Assembly: GCA_002269645.1 (NCBI GenBank) | Contig: NIVC01000578.1 | Coordinates: 386,549-450,548 of the forward strand | DNA length: 64,000 nt | From: Macrostomum lignano | Taxonomy: Eukaryota | Reading direction: 5' to 3' | Shown: one piece after another, positions 11,611-25,737 of the stretch | Layout of the letters: every line of letters begins with the position of its first letter | How positions within the stretch are numbered: position 1 is the first letter of the stretch | Notes under the pieces: model-generated | Told to the model about the DNA's origin: nothing | Seen by the model: only the letters and a program-made list of their open reading frames with translations | Databases searched by the model: none | Made by a program: the position numbers and the translations under genes

Positions 11611-12446
11611 ACTTGCAGCGACCAAGTCAGGGGCAATAGGACTGACTAAATAAGCTGAGATATTGCTGGTTTTGACTGCTGTAATAGAATGCCCAAAAAC
11701 GTGGGAAAAGCCTCAAATTCAAATCGAAAATCTATGGAATACAACGAATATCGAATGTTTATTTGCTGGAACAATAACTGACTGAAAGCCTATTAAATTG
11801 GCGACTACTGGATAATTGGTTATAAAATCAATTGAATATTTTAGGAATAAAAACGAAAAATTCGCATAGAAATAAAAATGGGATCGAGCTTTCTGTTTTT
11901 CTCAAATTAGCGCAAAACGAAGTCTCGTTGCTTAAAATATCACCTCAATACTACGTAAATTTGTGCAGGGCATTCTGAACGATACTAATTACGACAGTCT
12001 GAATATGAATATTGATAATAGCTTAACCAAGCCCACAGCTCTTAAACTCAAAAAAGTTCGGATACTTTACGCCTGTTACAAAAATTAAGGTTTCTAAAAA
12101 GCTTCAAAATGCCCTTTGCACAAATCTTGATTTCATGGCGCTATATGGACAGTGCAAACTGAATTACAATAAAATGAATATATACGTATACAAATTAAGC
12201 AAATACAAATCTGTGCCATAAGTTTTCAACACCTTCTAAACGCAGGATTCACAAGCTTCTCTCAGAACTCAAATGGAAATTTTGAGGCAGCTTCAAGTTC
12301 TGAAAAAAATTCAAAGAACAAAACTGCAGGATCTGAGGAGGTGCAGCAGAGGGGTAAAAAATTGAAATGAAAAACGTCGTACTGAGAAAATATGCAACAG
12401 TTTGTCCTCATTGTGTACTGAGTCAGCAGGTGATCGCGAAGGCCAC

Positions 12447-15400
12447 TCAGAAACCAATGCGGATGTAATCCTGGCATGGTCGTTTGAAAGTCTCAGAGTA
12501 GCAAAGCAGCACCACTGCGTGATCATGCAGTGACTTTGTCAGCTCGATAAGCTCCTTCTCGATCGAATACCAATTCTTCTCGTCCTGCACCATCTCTGCA
12601 GTCTGATTCAACACATTTCTCGCATAGGCATCCATCGCATCGAATAGCGAGCGGAATTCATTGTGCACTGGTTTGGTAGCGATCACGTTCACTAAATCCA
12701 GCATTAGGCCGCGCAGATTTGTGAAGGCAGCTCGCAGTATCTTGTCAGCACTGTCTCGCCCCACCAGGGGCTCGGCCAACTTGGTTATCTCATTGCGCAG
12801 GTTCAGCAGCTGCTGGTTGATTTCCAGGGCTTTCGGTAATTCCTTCACCAAATTCGCTTTCCGAAACTTTTTCAGACTCTTCTTTGAGCTCCTGTCTTTG
12901 AGGTCACTCAGCAGCTCCTTGGATTCCACTATGTTGTGTGTACCAACTAACACGCACGTGAGCGTTCTACTGCTAGCGCACTCGGTCCATTGAGCTGGCA
13001 CTCGCTCACTTAACGGAAAGCCGGGCTCAAATAGGCGCATCTGCTCCTCGGAGATTCTGCCAACTGCCTGTGCAACTTCCAGCAAGCTCAACCTCAGAAA
13101 ACTCGGAGCTCGACCTAACTGAACTGCAGCGAACTTGTTGGAAAGCTCCATCACTGCAGAAGCCTGTTCGAGTAGAGCAGCTGAGATGTTCTTTGACTCT
13201 AGGATTTCCGTGCTCATCTCCTTGGAGCACATTGCATTATAGTACTGCATTAGTTGCTCAGAGCGATCGCGCCGCCTCTTGGTCCGATGACGGAAATCAC
13301 TTAGCTTTCCAAGCTGTTCGTGCAACGGAATTGAGTCATTTACGAACTTCTCCAGTTTTTTGGTCAAGGATAGAACAACGTTGTCCGGGCTTCTGATTTT
13401 CGGCGGGAATTTCTGACGAATCATGAGACTCTCTTTGCTTGTTTTCGAAATCTTCTCAAGAGTATCTGCGTGCGGCTTCAGCTCCATGCTTAGACTCGTG
13501 GCTTCACCCTCAGTTGTCAGGTCCAATTCCGGTTCTTGAATAAAAGCCGCCAGGACGTCTTCACCAGCTTTCGATCGGTCTGCGTAAGTCAGAAACAGCT
13601 TGCATTTCTCTTTTACTGTTTCGTAGTCGATCCATCGTGTTCGTAGCGCCTTCAGCGATGCAACTATGTTCACGACGCTCTGGCTACTAGATTTGCTCAG
13701 CCCTTGAATGAGAAGGTCCCAGTCTTGCTCTATGGAATTCATTAATTCCTTGATGTTTTTACGAGTGGATTTTATGTCACAAACAATGCAATGGAGCTCG
13801 AAGGCGAAGTCAGGAAGACACTTGGCGCGCAAAGAGAGGTCCTTTACAGCAGTCAATACTGAACAGATTGCGTTGTTTGCTCTGTCCGGATGCCACGAAC
13901 GTTTCGACTCGTCGCTCAGACGTTTGGCAATCTCTTGCGGCTGATTCACTCTGATGTTATAAACAGTAGCAACTTCTTTCTGCAATGACGTGCCCACAGT
14001 CATGAAAATTCCCGCCGCAGAAAGTGTCAGAAATGGCGCATAGGCTTTGGTGTTTATCGTCTGCTGAGCCCAGTTATTCATGGCATCGGGCTTGTCAATA
14101 TTTTCATCGAAGAGCGCCACCACACAGATCCGGCCAACGCCATTTGCTTCAAGCGGCAGCAGAAGGCTGATGCTGACGCCCACCGACGTGCAATTCTCGC
14201 TGGTCAGCTGTTCGTAGAAGCCTTTCTGCAGGTCTGGCTGACCCGCAGCTGCCATCCGCCTCCGCGGTTGGGCCTCCTGTTGCTCTGGTTCTCTGCGAAA
14301 GATTTAACTTTTCATTTTTGCATGGACAATTGAAATAGAAGGAAATGCATTGGCCGGATAGGAAATCTCCAGTTCTCTAGCACTGTTTGCATCCTACGAG
14401 AAAGCATCTTCCAAGCCACAAGTTTAATGCGTTTTTATAGAATGGTACCAGCGAGTTCCAGCAAAATTACAGTTGTCTCTGTTGGGGCATTTTTGAGCTG
14501 ATTTGAACGAAACAGACTCGCTTCGTTTTGACTTGGAAAGTCAAGACGGTGGAATTAGGTGAGGAGACATTGGGAGCTTAGTACTAAAACCCTGAAAACT
14601 TCCAATCTGGCCAATGCATTTTGCCATGAAGACCTGCATCCTACCCAGTAGAATTGTTACAATCGACAGTCTTTTCAAAACATAGCATAATGTATAAAGA
14701 GTATTTTCATATGAAACCGATTCATCAAAAAGTGCGCACTACGATTAATGCATGACTAAAACAAAACACAAAACACAGTGTCTATCTCGCTAATAGTCAC
14801 CCTGTCTGTCTAATGCTCTCCCTGTCTCTCTAATGCTCTCCCTGTCTCTCTAATGCTCTCCCTGTCTCTCTAATGCTCTCCCTGTCTCTCTAATGCTCTC
14901 CCTGTCTCTCTAATGCCCTCCCTGTCTCTCTAATGCTCTTCCTGTCTCGCTAATTGCAACGCTGGCTAATTGCAACGCTGTCTGTCTAATGCTCTCCCTG
15001 TCTCTCTAATGCTCTCCCTGTCTCTCTAATGCTCTTCCTGTCTCGCTAATTGCAACGCTGTCTGTCTAATGCTCTCCCTGTCTCTCTAATGCTCTCCCTG
15101 TCTCGCTAATAGCCACCCTGTCTCTCTAATGCTCTCCCTGTCTCTCTAATGCTCTCCCTGTCTCTCTAATGCTCTCCCTGTCTCTCTAATGCTCTCCCTG
15201 TCTCGCTAATAGCCACCCTGTCTGTCCAATGCTCTCCCTATCTCTCTAATGCTCTCCCTGTCTCTCTAATGCTCTCCCTGTCTCTCTAATGCTCTCCCTG
15301 TCTCTCTAATAGCCACCCTGTCTGTCTAATGCTCTCCCTGTCTCTCTAATGCTCTCCCTGTCTCTCTAATGCTCTCCCTGTCTCTCTAATGCTCTCCCTA

Positions 15401-18400
15401 TCTCGCTAATAGCAACCCTGTCTGTCTAATGCTCTCCCTGTCTCTCTAATGCTCTCCCTGTCTCTCTAATGCTCTCCCTGTCTCTCTAATGCTCTCCCTA
15501 TCTCGCTAATAGCCACCCTGTCTGTCTAATGCTCTCCCTATATCGCTAATAGCCACCCTGTCTGTCTAATGCTTTCCCTGTCTCTCTAATGCTCTCCCTG
15601 TCTCTCTAATGCTCTCCCTGTCTCTCTAATGCTCTCCCTATCTCGCTAATAGCCACCCTGTCTGTCTAATGCTCTCCCTATCTCGCTAATAGCCACCCTG
15701 TCTGTCTAATGCTCTCCCTGTCTCTCTAATGCTCTCCCTGTCTCTCTAATAGCCACCCTGTCTGTCTAATGCTCTCCCTGTCTCTCTAATGCTCTCCCTG
15801 TCTCTCTAACGCTCTCCCTGTCTCTCTAATGCTCTCCCTGTCTCTCCAATGCTCTCCCTGTCTCTCTAATGCTCTCCCTGTTTCTCTAATGCTCTCCCTA
15901 TCTCGCTAATAGCCACCCTGTCTGTCTAATGCTCTCCCTATATCGCTAATAGCCACCCTGTCTGTCTAATGCTCTCCCTGTCTCTCTAATGCTCTCCCTG
16001 TCTCTCTAATGCTCTCCCTGTCTCTCTAATGCTCTCCCTATCTCGCTAATAGCCACCCTGTCTCTCTAATGCTCTCCCTATCTCGCTAATAGCCACCCTG
16101 TCTGTCTAATGCTCTCCCTGTCTCGCTAATAGCCACCCTGTCTGTCTAATGCTCTCCCTGTCTCGCTAATGCTCTCCCTGTCTCTCTAATGCTCTCCCTA
16201 TCTCGCTAATGCTCTCCCTGTCTCTCTAATGCTCTCCCTATCTCGCTAATAGCCACCCTGTCTGTCTAATGTTCTCCCTGTCTCTCTAATGCTCTCCCTG
16301 TCTCTCTAATGCTCTCCCTGTCTCTCTAATGCTCTCCCTATCTCGCTAATAGCCACCCTGTCTGTCTAATGCTCTCCCTATATCGCTAATAGCCACCCTG
16401 TCTGTCTAATGCTCTCCCTGTCTGTCTAATGCTCTCCCTGTCTCTTTAATGCTCTCCCTGTCTCTCTAATGCTCTCCCTATCTCGCTAATAGCCACCCTG
16501 TCTGTCTAATGCTCTCCCTGTCTCTCTAATGCTCTCCCTGTCTCTCTAATGCTCTTCCTGTCTCGCTAATTGCAACGCTGTCTGTCTAATGCTCTCCCTG
16601 TCTCTCTAATGCTCTCCCTGTCTCGCTAATAGCCACCCTGTCTGTCTAATGCTCTCCCTATCTCGCTAATAGCCACCCTGTCTGTCTAATGCTCTCCCTG
16701 TCTCTCTAATGCTCTCCCTGTCTCTCTAATGCTCTCCCTGTCTCTCTAATGCTCTCCCTGTCTCTCTAATGCTCTCCCTGTCTCGCTAATAGCCACCCTG
16801 TCTGTCTAATGCTCTCCCTGTCTCTCTAATGCTCTCCCTGTCTCTCTAATGCTCTCCCTATCTCGCTAATAGCCACCCTGTCTCTCTAATGCTCTCCCTG
16901 TCTCGCTAATAGCCACCCTGTCTGTCTAATGCTCTCCCTATCTCGCTAATAGCCACCCTGTCTGTCTAATGCTCTCCCTATATCGCTAATAGCCACCCTG
17001 TCTGTCTAATGCTCTCCCTATCTCTCTAATGCTCTCCCTGTCTGTCTAATGCTCTCCCTGTCTCTCTAATGCTCTCCCTATCTCGCTAATAGCCACCCTG
17101 TCTCTCTAATGCTCTCCCTATCTCGCTAATAGCCACCCTGTCTGTCTAATGCTCTCCCTGTCTCGCTAATAGCCACCCTGTCTGTCTAATGCTCTCCCTG
17201 TCTCGCTAATAGCCACCCTGTCTGTCTAATGCTCTCCCTATCTCTCTAATGCTCTCCCTGTCTCTCTAATGCTCTCCCTGTCTCTCTAATGCTCTCCCTG
17301 TCTCTCTAATGCTCTCCCTGTCTCTCTAATGCTCTCCCTACCTCGCTAATAGCCACCCTGTCTCTCTAATGCTCTCCTTGTCTCTCTAATGCTCTCCCTG
17401 TCTCTCTAATGCTCTCCCTATCTCGCTAATAGCCAACCTGTCTGTCTAATGCTCTCCCTGTCTCTCTAATGCTCTCCCTGTCTCTCTAATGCTCTCCCTG
17501 TCTCTCTAATACTCTCCCTATCTCGCTAATAGCCACCCTGTCTCTCTAATGCTCTCCCTGTCTCTCTAATGCTCTCCCTGTCTCTCTAATGCTCTCCCTG
17601 TCTCTCTAATACTCTCCCTATCTCGCTAATAGCCACCCTGTCTCTCTGATGCTCACCCTGTCTCTCTAATGCTCACCCTGTCTCTCTAATGCTCACCCTG
17701 TCTGTCTAATGCTCTCCCTGTCTCTCTAATGCTCTCCCTGTCTCTCTAATGCTCTCCCTATCTCGCTAATAGCCACCCTGTCTCTCTAATGCTCTCCCTA
17801 TCTCGCTAATAGCCACCCTGTCTGTCTAATGCTCTCCCTATCTCGCTAATAGCCACCCTGTCTGTCTAATGCTCTCCCTGTCTCGCTAATAGCCACCCTG
17901 TTTGTCTAATGCTCTCCCTATATCGCTAATAGCCACCCTGTCTGTCTAATGCTCTCCCTATCTCTCTAATGCTCTCCCTGTCTGTCTAATGCTCTCCCTG
18001 TCTCTCTAATACTCTCCCTGTCTCGCTAATAGCCACCCTGTCTGTCTAATGCTCTCCCTATCTCGCTAATAGCCACCCTGTCTGTCTAATGCTCTCCCTG
18101 TCTGTCTAATACTCTCCCTGTCTCTCTAATGCTCTCCCTGTCTCTCTAATGCTCTCCCTATCTCGCTAATAGCCACCCTGTCTGTTTAATGCTCTCCCTG
18201 GCTCTCTAATGCTCTCCCTGTCTCTCTAATGCTCTCCCTATCTCGCTAATAGCCACCCTGTCTGTCTAATGCTCTCCCTGTCTCTCTAATGCTCTCCCTG
18301 TCTCTCTATGCTCTCCCTGTCTCTCCAATACTCTCCCTATCTCGCTAATAGCCACCCTGTCTGTCTAATGCTCTCCCTGTCTCTCTAATGCTCTCCCTGT

Positions 18401-21400
18401 CTCTCTAATGCTCTTCCTGTCTCGCTAATAGCAACGCTGTCTGTCTAATGCTCTCCCTGTCTCTCTAATGCTCTCCCTGTCTCTCTAACGCTCTCCCTGT
18501 CTCTCTAATGCTCTCCCTGTCTCTCCAATACTCTTCCTATCTCTCTAATGCTCTCCCTGTCTCTCTGATGCTCACCCTGTCTCTCTAATGCTCACCCTGT
18601 CTCTCTAATGCTCTCCCTATCTCGCTAATAGCCACCCTGTCTCTCTAATGCTCTCCCTATCTCGCTAATAGCCACCCTGTCTGTCTAATGCTCTCCCTAT
18701 CTCGCTAATAGCCACCCTGTCTGTCTAATGCTCTCCCTGTCTCGCTAATAGCCACCCTGTTTGTCTAATGCTCTCCCTATATCGCTAATAGCCACCCTGT
18801 CTGTCTAATGCTCTCCCTATCTCTCTAATGCTCTCCCTGTCTGTCTAATGCTCTCCCTGTCTCTCTAATGCTCTCCCTGTCTCGCTAATAGCCACCCTGT
18901 CTGTCTAATGCTCTCCCTATCTCGCTAATAGCCACCCTGTCTGTCTAATGCTCTCCCTGTCTGTCTAATGCTCTCCCTGTCTCTCTAATGCTCTCCCTGT
19001 CTCTCTAATGCTCTCCCTATCTCGCTAATAGCCACCCTGTCTGTCTAATGCTCTCCCTGTCTCTCTAATGCTCTCCCTGTCTCGCTAATAGCCACCCTGT
19101 CTGTCTAATGCTCTCCCTATCTCGCTAATAGCCACCCTGTCTGTCTAATGCTCTCCCTGTCTCTCTAATGCTCTCCCTGTCTCTCTAATGCTCTCCCTGT
19201 CTCTCTAATGCTCTCCCTGTCTCTCTAATGCTCTCCCTGTCTCGCTAATAGCCACCCTGTCTGTCTAATGCTCTCCCTGTCTCTCTAATGCTCTCCCTGT
19301 CTCTCTAATGCTCTCCCTATCTCGCTAATAGCCACCCTGTCTCTCTAATGCTCTCCCTGTCTCGCTAATAGCCACCCTGTCTGTCTAATGCTCTCCCTAT
19401 CTCGCTAATAGCCACCCTGTCTGTCTAATGCTCTCCCTATATCGCTAATAGCCACCCTGTCTGTCTAATGCTCTCCCTATCTCTCTAATGCTCTCCCTGT
19501 CTCTCTAATGCTCTCCCTGTCTCTCTAATGCTCTCCCTGTCTCTCTAATGCTCTCCCTGTCTCTCTAATGCTCTCCCTATCTCGCTAATAGCCACCCTGT
19601 CTCTCTAATGCTCTCCTTGTCTCTCTAATGCTCTCCCTGTCTCTCTAATGCTCTCCCTATCTCGCTAATAGCCACCCTGTCTGTCTAATGCTCTCCCTGT
19701 CTCTCTAATGCTCTCCCTGTCTCTCTAATGCTCTCCCTGTCTCTCTAATGCTCTCCCTATCTCGCTAATAGCCACCCTGTCTGTCTAATGCTCTCCCTGT
19801 CTCTCTAATGCTCTCCCTGTCTCTCTAATGCTCTCCCTGTCTCTCTAATACTCTCCCCATCTCGCTAATAGCCACCCTGTCTCTCTGATGCTCACCCTGT
19901 CTCTCTAATGCTCACCCTGTCTCTCTAATGCTCACCCTGTCTGTCTAATGCTCTCCCTGTCTCTCTAATGCTCTCCCTGTCTCTCTAATGCTCTCCCTAT
20001 CTCGCTAATAGCCACCCTGTCTCTCTAATGCTCTCCCTATCTCGCTAATAGCCACCCTGTCTGTCTAATGCTCTCCCTGTCTCTCTAATGCTCTCCCTGT
20101 CTCTCTAATGCTCTCCCTGTCTCTCTAATACTCTCCCTATCTCGCTAATAGCCACCCTGTCTGTCTAATGCTCTCCCTGTCTCTCTAATGCTCTCCCTGT
20201 CTCTCTAATGCTCTCCCTGTCTCTCTAATACTCTCCCTATCTCGCTAATAGCCACCCTGTCTCTCTGATGCTCACCCTGTCTCTCTAATGCTCACCCTGT
20301 CTCTCTAATGCTCACCCTGTCTGTCTAATGCTCTCCCTGTCTCTCTAATGCTCTCCCTGTCTCTCTAATGCTCTCCCTATCTCGCTAATAGCCACCCTGT
20401 CTCTCTAATGCTCTCCCTATCTCGCTAATAGCCACCCTGTCTGTCTAATACTCTCCCTATCTCGCTAATAGCCACCCTGTCTGTCTAATGCTCTCCCTGT
20501 CTCGCTAATAGCCACCCTGTTTGTCTAATGCTCTCCCTATATCGCTAATAGCCACCCTGTCTGTCTAATGCTCTCCCTATCTCTCTAATGCTCTCCCTGT
20601 CTGTCTAATGCTCTCCCTGTCTCTCTAATGCTCTCCCTGTCTCGCTAATAGCCACCCTGTCTGTCTAATGCTCTCCCTATCTCGCTAATAGCCACCCTGT
20701 CTGTCTAATGCTCTCCCTGTCTGTCTAATGCTCTCCCTGTCTGTCTAATGCTCTCCCTGTCTCTCTAATGCTCTCCCTATCTCGCTAATAGCCACCCTGT
20801 CTGTCTAATGCTCTCCCTGGCTCTCTAATGCTCTCCCTGTCTCTCTAATGCTCTCCCTATCTCGCTAATAGCCACCCTGTCTGTCTAATGCTCTCCCTGT
20901 CTCTCTAATGCTCTCCCTGTCTCTCTATGCTCTCCCTGTCTCTCTAATACTCTCCCTATCTCGCTAATAGCCACCCTGTCTGTCTAATGCTCTCCCTGTC
21001 TCTCTAATGCTCTCCCTGTCTCTCTAATGCTCTTCCTGTCTCGCTAATAGCAACGCTGTCTGTCTAATGCTCTCCCTGTCTCTCTAATGCTCTCCCTGTC
21101 TCTCTAACGCTCTCCCTGTCTCTCTAATGCTCTCCCTGTCTCTCCAATACTCTCCCTATCTCGCTAATAGCCACCCTGTCTCTCTGATGCTCACCCTGTC
21201 TCTCTAATGCTCACCCTGTCTCTCTAATGCTCACCCTGTCTCTCTAATGCTCTCCCTGTCTCTCTAATATTCTCCCTGTCTCTCTAATGCTCTCCCTATC
21301 TCGCTAATAGCCACCCTGTCTCTCTAATGCTCTCCCTATCTCGCTAATAGCCACCCTGTCTGTCTAATCCTCTCCCTATCTCGCTAATAGCCACCCTGTC

Positions 21401-23008
21401 TGTCTAATGCTCTCCCTGTCTCGCTAATAGCCACCCTGTCTGTCTAATGCTCTCCCTATATCGCTAATAGCCACCCTGTCTGTCTAATGCTCTCCCTATC
21501 TCTCTAATGCTCTCCCTGTCTCTCTAATGCTCTCCCTGTCTCTCTAATGCTCTCCCTGTCTCGCTAATAGCCACCCTGTCTGTCTAATGCTCTCCCTGTC
21601 TCTAATGCTCTCCCTGTCTCTCTAATGCTCTCCCTGTCTCTCTAATGCTCTCCCTATCTCGCTAATAGCCACCCTGTCTGTCTAATGCTCTCCCTGTCTC
21701 TCTAATGCTCTCCCTGTCTCTCTAATGCTCTTCCTGTCTCGCTAATGCTCTCCCTGTCTCTCTAATGCTCTCCCTGTCTCTCTAACGCTCTCACTGTCTC
21801 TCTAATGCTCTCCCTGTCTCTCCAATACTCTCCCTATCTCGCTAATAGCCACCCTGTCTCTCTGATGCTCACCCTGTCTCTCTAATGCTCTCCCTGTCTC
21901 TCTAATGCTCACCCTGTCTCTCTAATGCTCAACCTGTCTCTCTAATGCTCTCCCTTGTCTCTCTAATGCTCAGCCTGTCTCTCTAATGCTCTCCCCGTCT
22001 CTCTAATGCTCTCCCCGTCTCCCTAATGCTCTCCCTGTCTCTCTAATGCTCTTCTCATCTCGATAATAGTCACCCTGTTTCTCTAACACGGGCGTAGGAG
22101 CGGAGAATGTGGCGATGTATCCCCCAAACAGCCTAAAAAGTTTTTGAGAAATCAGGTTTTTCTTTACGGATGGCCAACCCCCCCCCCTCTCGAGAAAATT
22201 TCAGGCTACGCGCCTGATCTCTACTGAATCTCCCTGTTTCTTCAACAAGTTAAAGGAACTTGTAGGTTGAATCTCCTATCAGACGCATAGCAGTCTCATA
22301 TGCGTACTGGAATCTTGGAAGGAGAAATATTCACCATTTTTCGTGCTAAAATGTAAAATATGAAAATCTCGCAAATGCTTTTTTATTTAGTCTTCAAAAA
22401 AATCCCGCTTGTTGTGTGCCTCTGGTTGGACAAAACATGAATGCGCATTTTATTCGGTAACGAAAGAAAAGCTTTTGTTTAAGAACTCACCGTCTAGACC
22501 AGAAACTCACTGCCTCTTCGGGATACATAGACACGTCGTAGTCGAAATTTTTGCCGCGGGGCGTGCAGTAGACCAGGCAGCCGTAGGACTGGGCTGTAAA
22601 ATAGTGGGTGCAGTTGGTGTCCGATTTGTTTTGTTGAATCAGAACAGTGCAGCGCGGCATCGAGCTCAAGCGGTCTCGATATGCAGTGCGGCGTTCCATG
22701 TAGTGAAACACTTTCTTGGCCTCAAGGCTCAGAGAATTGCTAAGACAAAGCTGTGGCAATTCTTTATCAGTTTTGTGATAATATCGAGTCCAGTTGATTG
22801 CCCCCACAACTCTCTCCTGAAGACGCAAACGCTCGTGCTGGATGAAGTTGTTAGTGTCGCTGTCCCTCAAACGTCGAAGAATTTTATCGTAGGCTTCCTT
22901 AGACATATCCGGCCCTGGTTCCAGACAGTGCAGCGTTGCCTTCAGGCTGACTCTGATTTTGGCCGCTAGCCGCTCTCTTTCACTTCTCCAGGTGCGCTGC
23001 TCAGCCAT
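12447..23008 (-). CDS. Uncharacterised two-exon protein, copy 1 (~787 aa; exons 23008-22491 and 14292-12447)
   Basis: CACCATGG start at 23008. The donor CG|GTGAGT (22490) and acceptor TTTCGCAG|A (14293) are both phase 2, giving ...FWSR-R-EPEQQEAQPRRRMAAAG... The same sites are conserved in copy 2. No family recognised. Confidence 0.8.
14781..22086. repeat. 20-bp intronic satellite, ~365 units, with variant units and higher-order duplication
   Basis: Main unit CTAATGCTCTCCCTGTCTCT; common variants CTAATGCTCTCCCTATCTCG and CTAATAGCCACCCTGTCTGT. Confidence 0.97.
22087..22216. mobile_element. Small MITE-like element in the intron (CAGGCGCGTAGC-type termini)
   Basis: CACGGGCGTAGG at the left and GCTACGCGCCTG at the right are imperfect inverted repeats. 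A homologue lies at 36747-37117. Confidence 0.55.
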
Positions 23009-23478
23009 GGTGTGAGACTCGGGCGCCAAGCTCAGAACAGGTGGGCAGGCCTGTTTGCCGCTATAATATACCACAGTGCCTGCAGCTGGTGTCAACTTTT
23101 AGGCGATCAATATTTAGAAGCACTCACGACAGCACCCTCGATTCAACTTGTACTCTGTCTGAGGCCTGCCCAACCAATCATGTTGCTCACTCATTTACTC
23201 ATTCTCAGGAATGTACACAGCCAGACTTTCGGGGTTGGCCCTCATTGGTTTGAATCGTACGCCAAGCGCCCCTCCTCATTTTGGTATTGAAAATGGCTAA
23301 TTGGTGCCCGACCCCAAATGTACACTCGGCAGCAGTCGAAACCGCCACCCCAGAGAATTGGCAGAGCGATTGACTTCAGCAGACTGCACTTCAATGACGC
23401 AAGGCTTTCCTGCTCTCGCTCAGGCACACGGGTGGCGGTTTTGACTATTGCTGAGTATATTCTCAGCTATTGCTGACA

Positions 23479-25234
<1,756 letters not shown>

Positions 25235-25495
25235 TTGAAGTTGAAGTGAATGCGTTGCTTCAGAGCGAGTAAAATGGACATGCGCAGCTGATAAAAGCAT
25301 TTTATGATTTCTTGAATGCCGAAAAGCATTTCTAAGAAGTACCGGGATAGTGCAATTGCAATAATTATACAGATTTTGTTCCCATCCGTATAATTTACAG
25401 CCTGTTCAATTCTAATGCGTCTAAATGATATAATAGCAAGAAATCAGTCCCCCATCAAGATCAGCTAACCCCCGACTCACTGTGTGCAGACTTGA

Positions 25496-25636
25496 GAATT
25501 GAATGGGCACCCGAATCGGTGCTGCTAAATGTGTCACAATTGAATGGGCACCCGAATCGGTGCTGCTAAATGTGTCACAATTGAATGAGAACCCGAATCG
25601 GTGCTGCTAAATGTGTCACAATTGAATGAGAACCCG
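25496..25636. repeat. 41-bp tandem repeat (~3.5 copies) related to the 10068-11064 array
   Basis: Unit AATTGAATGGGCACCCGAATCGGTGCTGCTAAATGTGTCAC shares GTGCTGCTAAATGTG and the 41-bp period. Confidence 0.85.
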
Positions 25637-25737
25637 AAGTAGAGTAGTAGAGAGTAAAGTAGCAGAGTAGTAGTAGAGTAGAGTAGAGTAGTAGTAGTAG
25701 CTAAAGTAGTAGACTAACTGAGTCTACTACTACTAAT

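Noticed and set aside
12447-14255. 602-aa and 604-aa ORFs as standalone genes starting at MAAAG
   Set aside because: A conserved phase-2 acceptor 37 nt upstream matches the donor of the small ORF in both copies. Use as a trans-splice site is not excluded.
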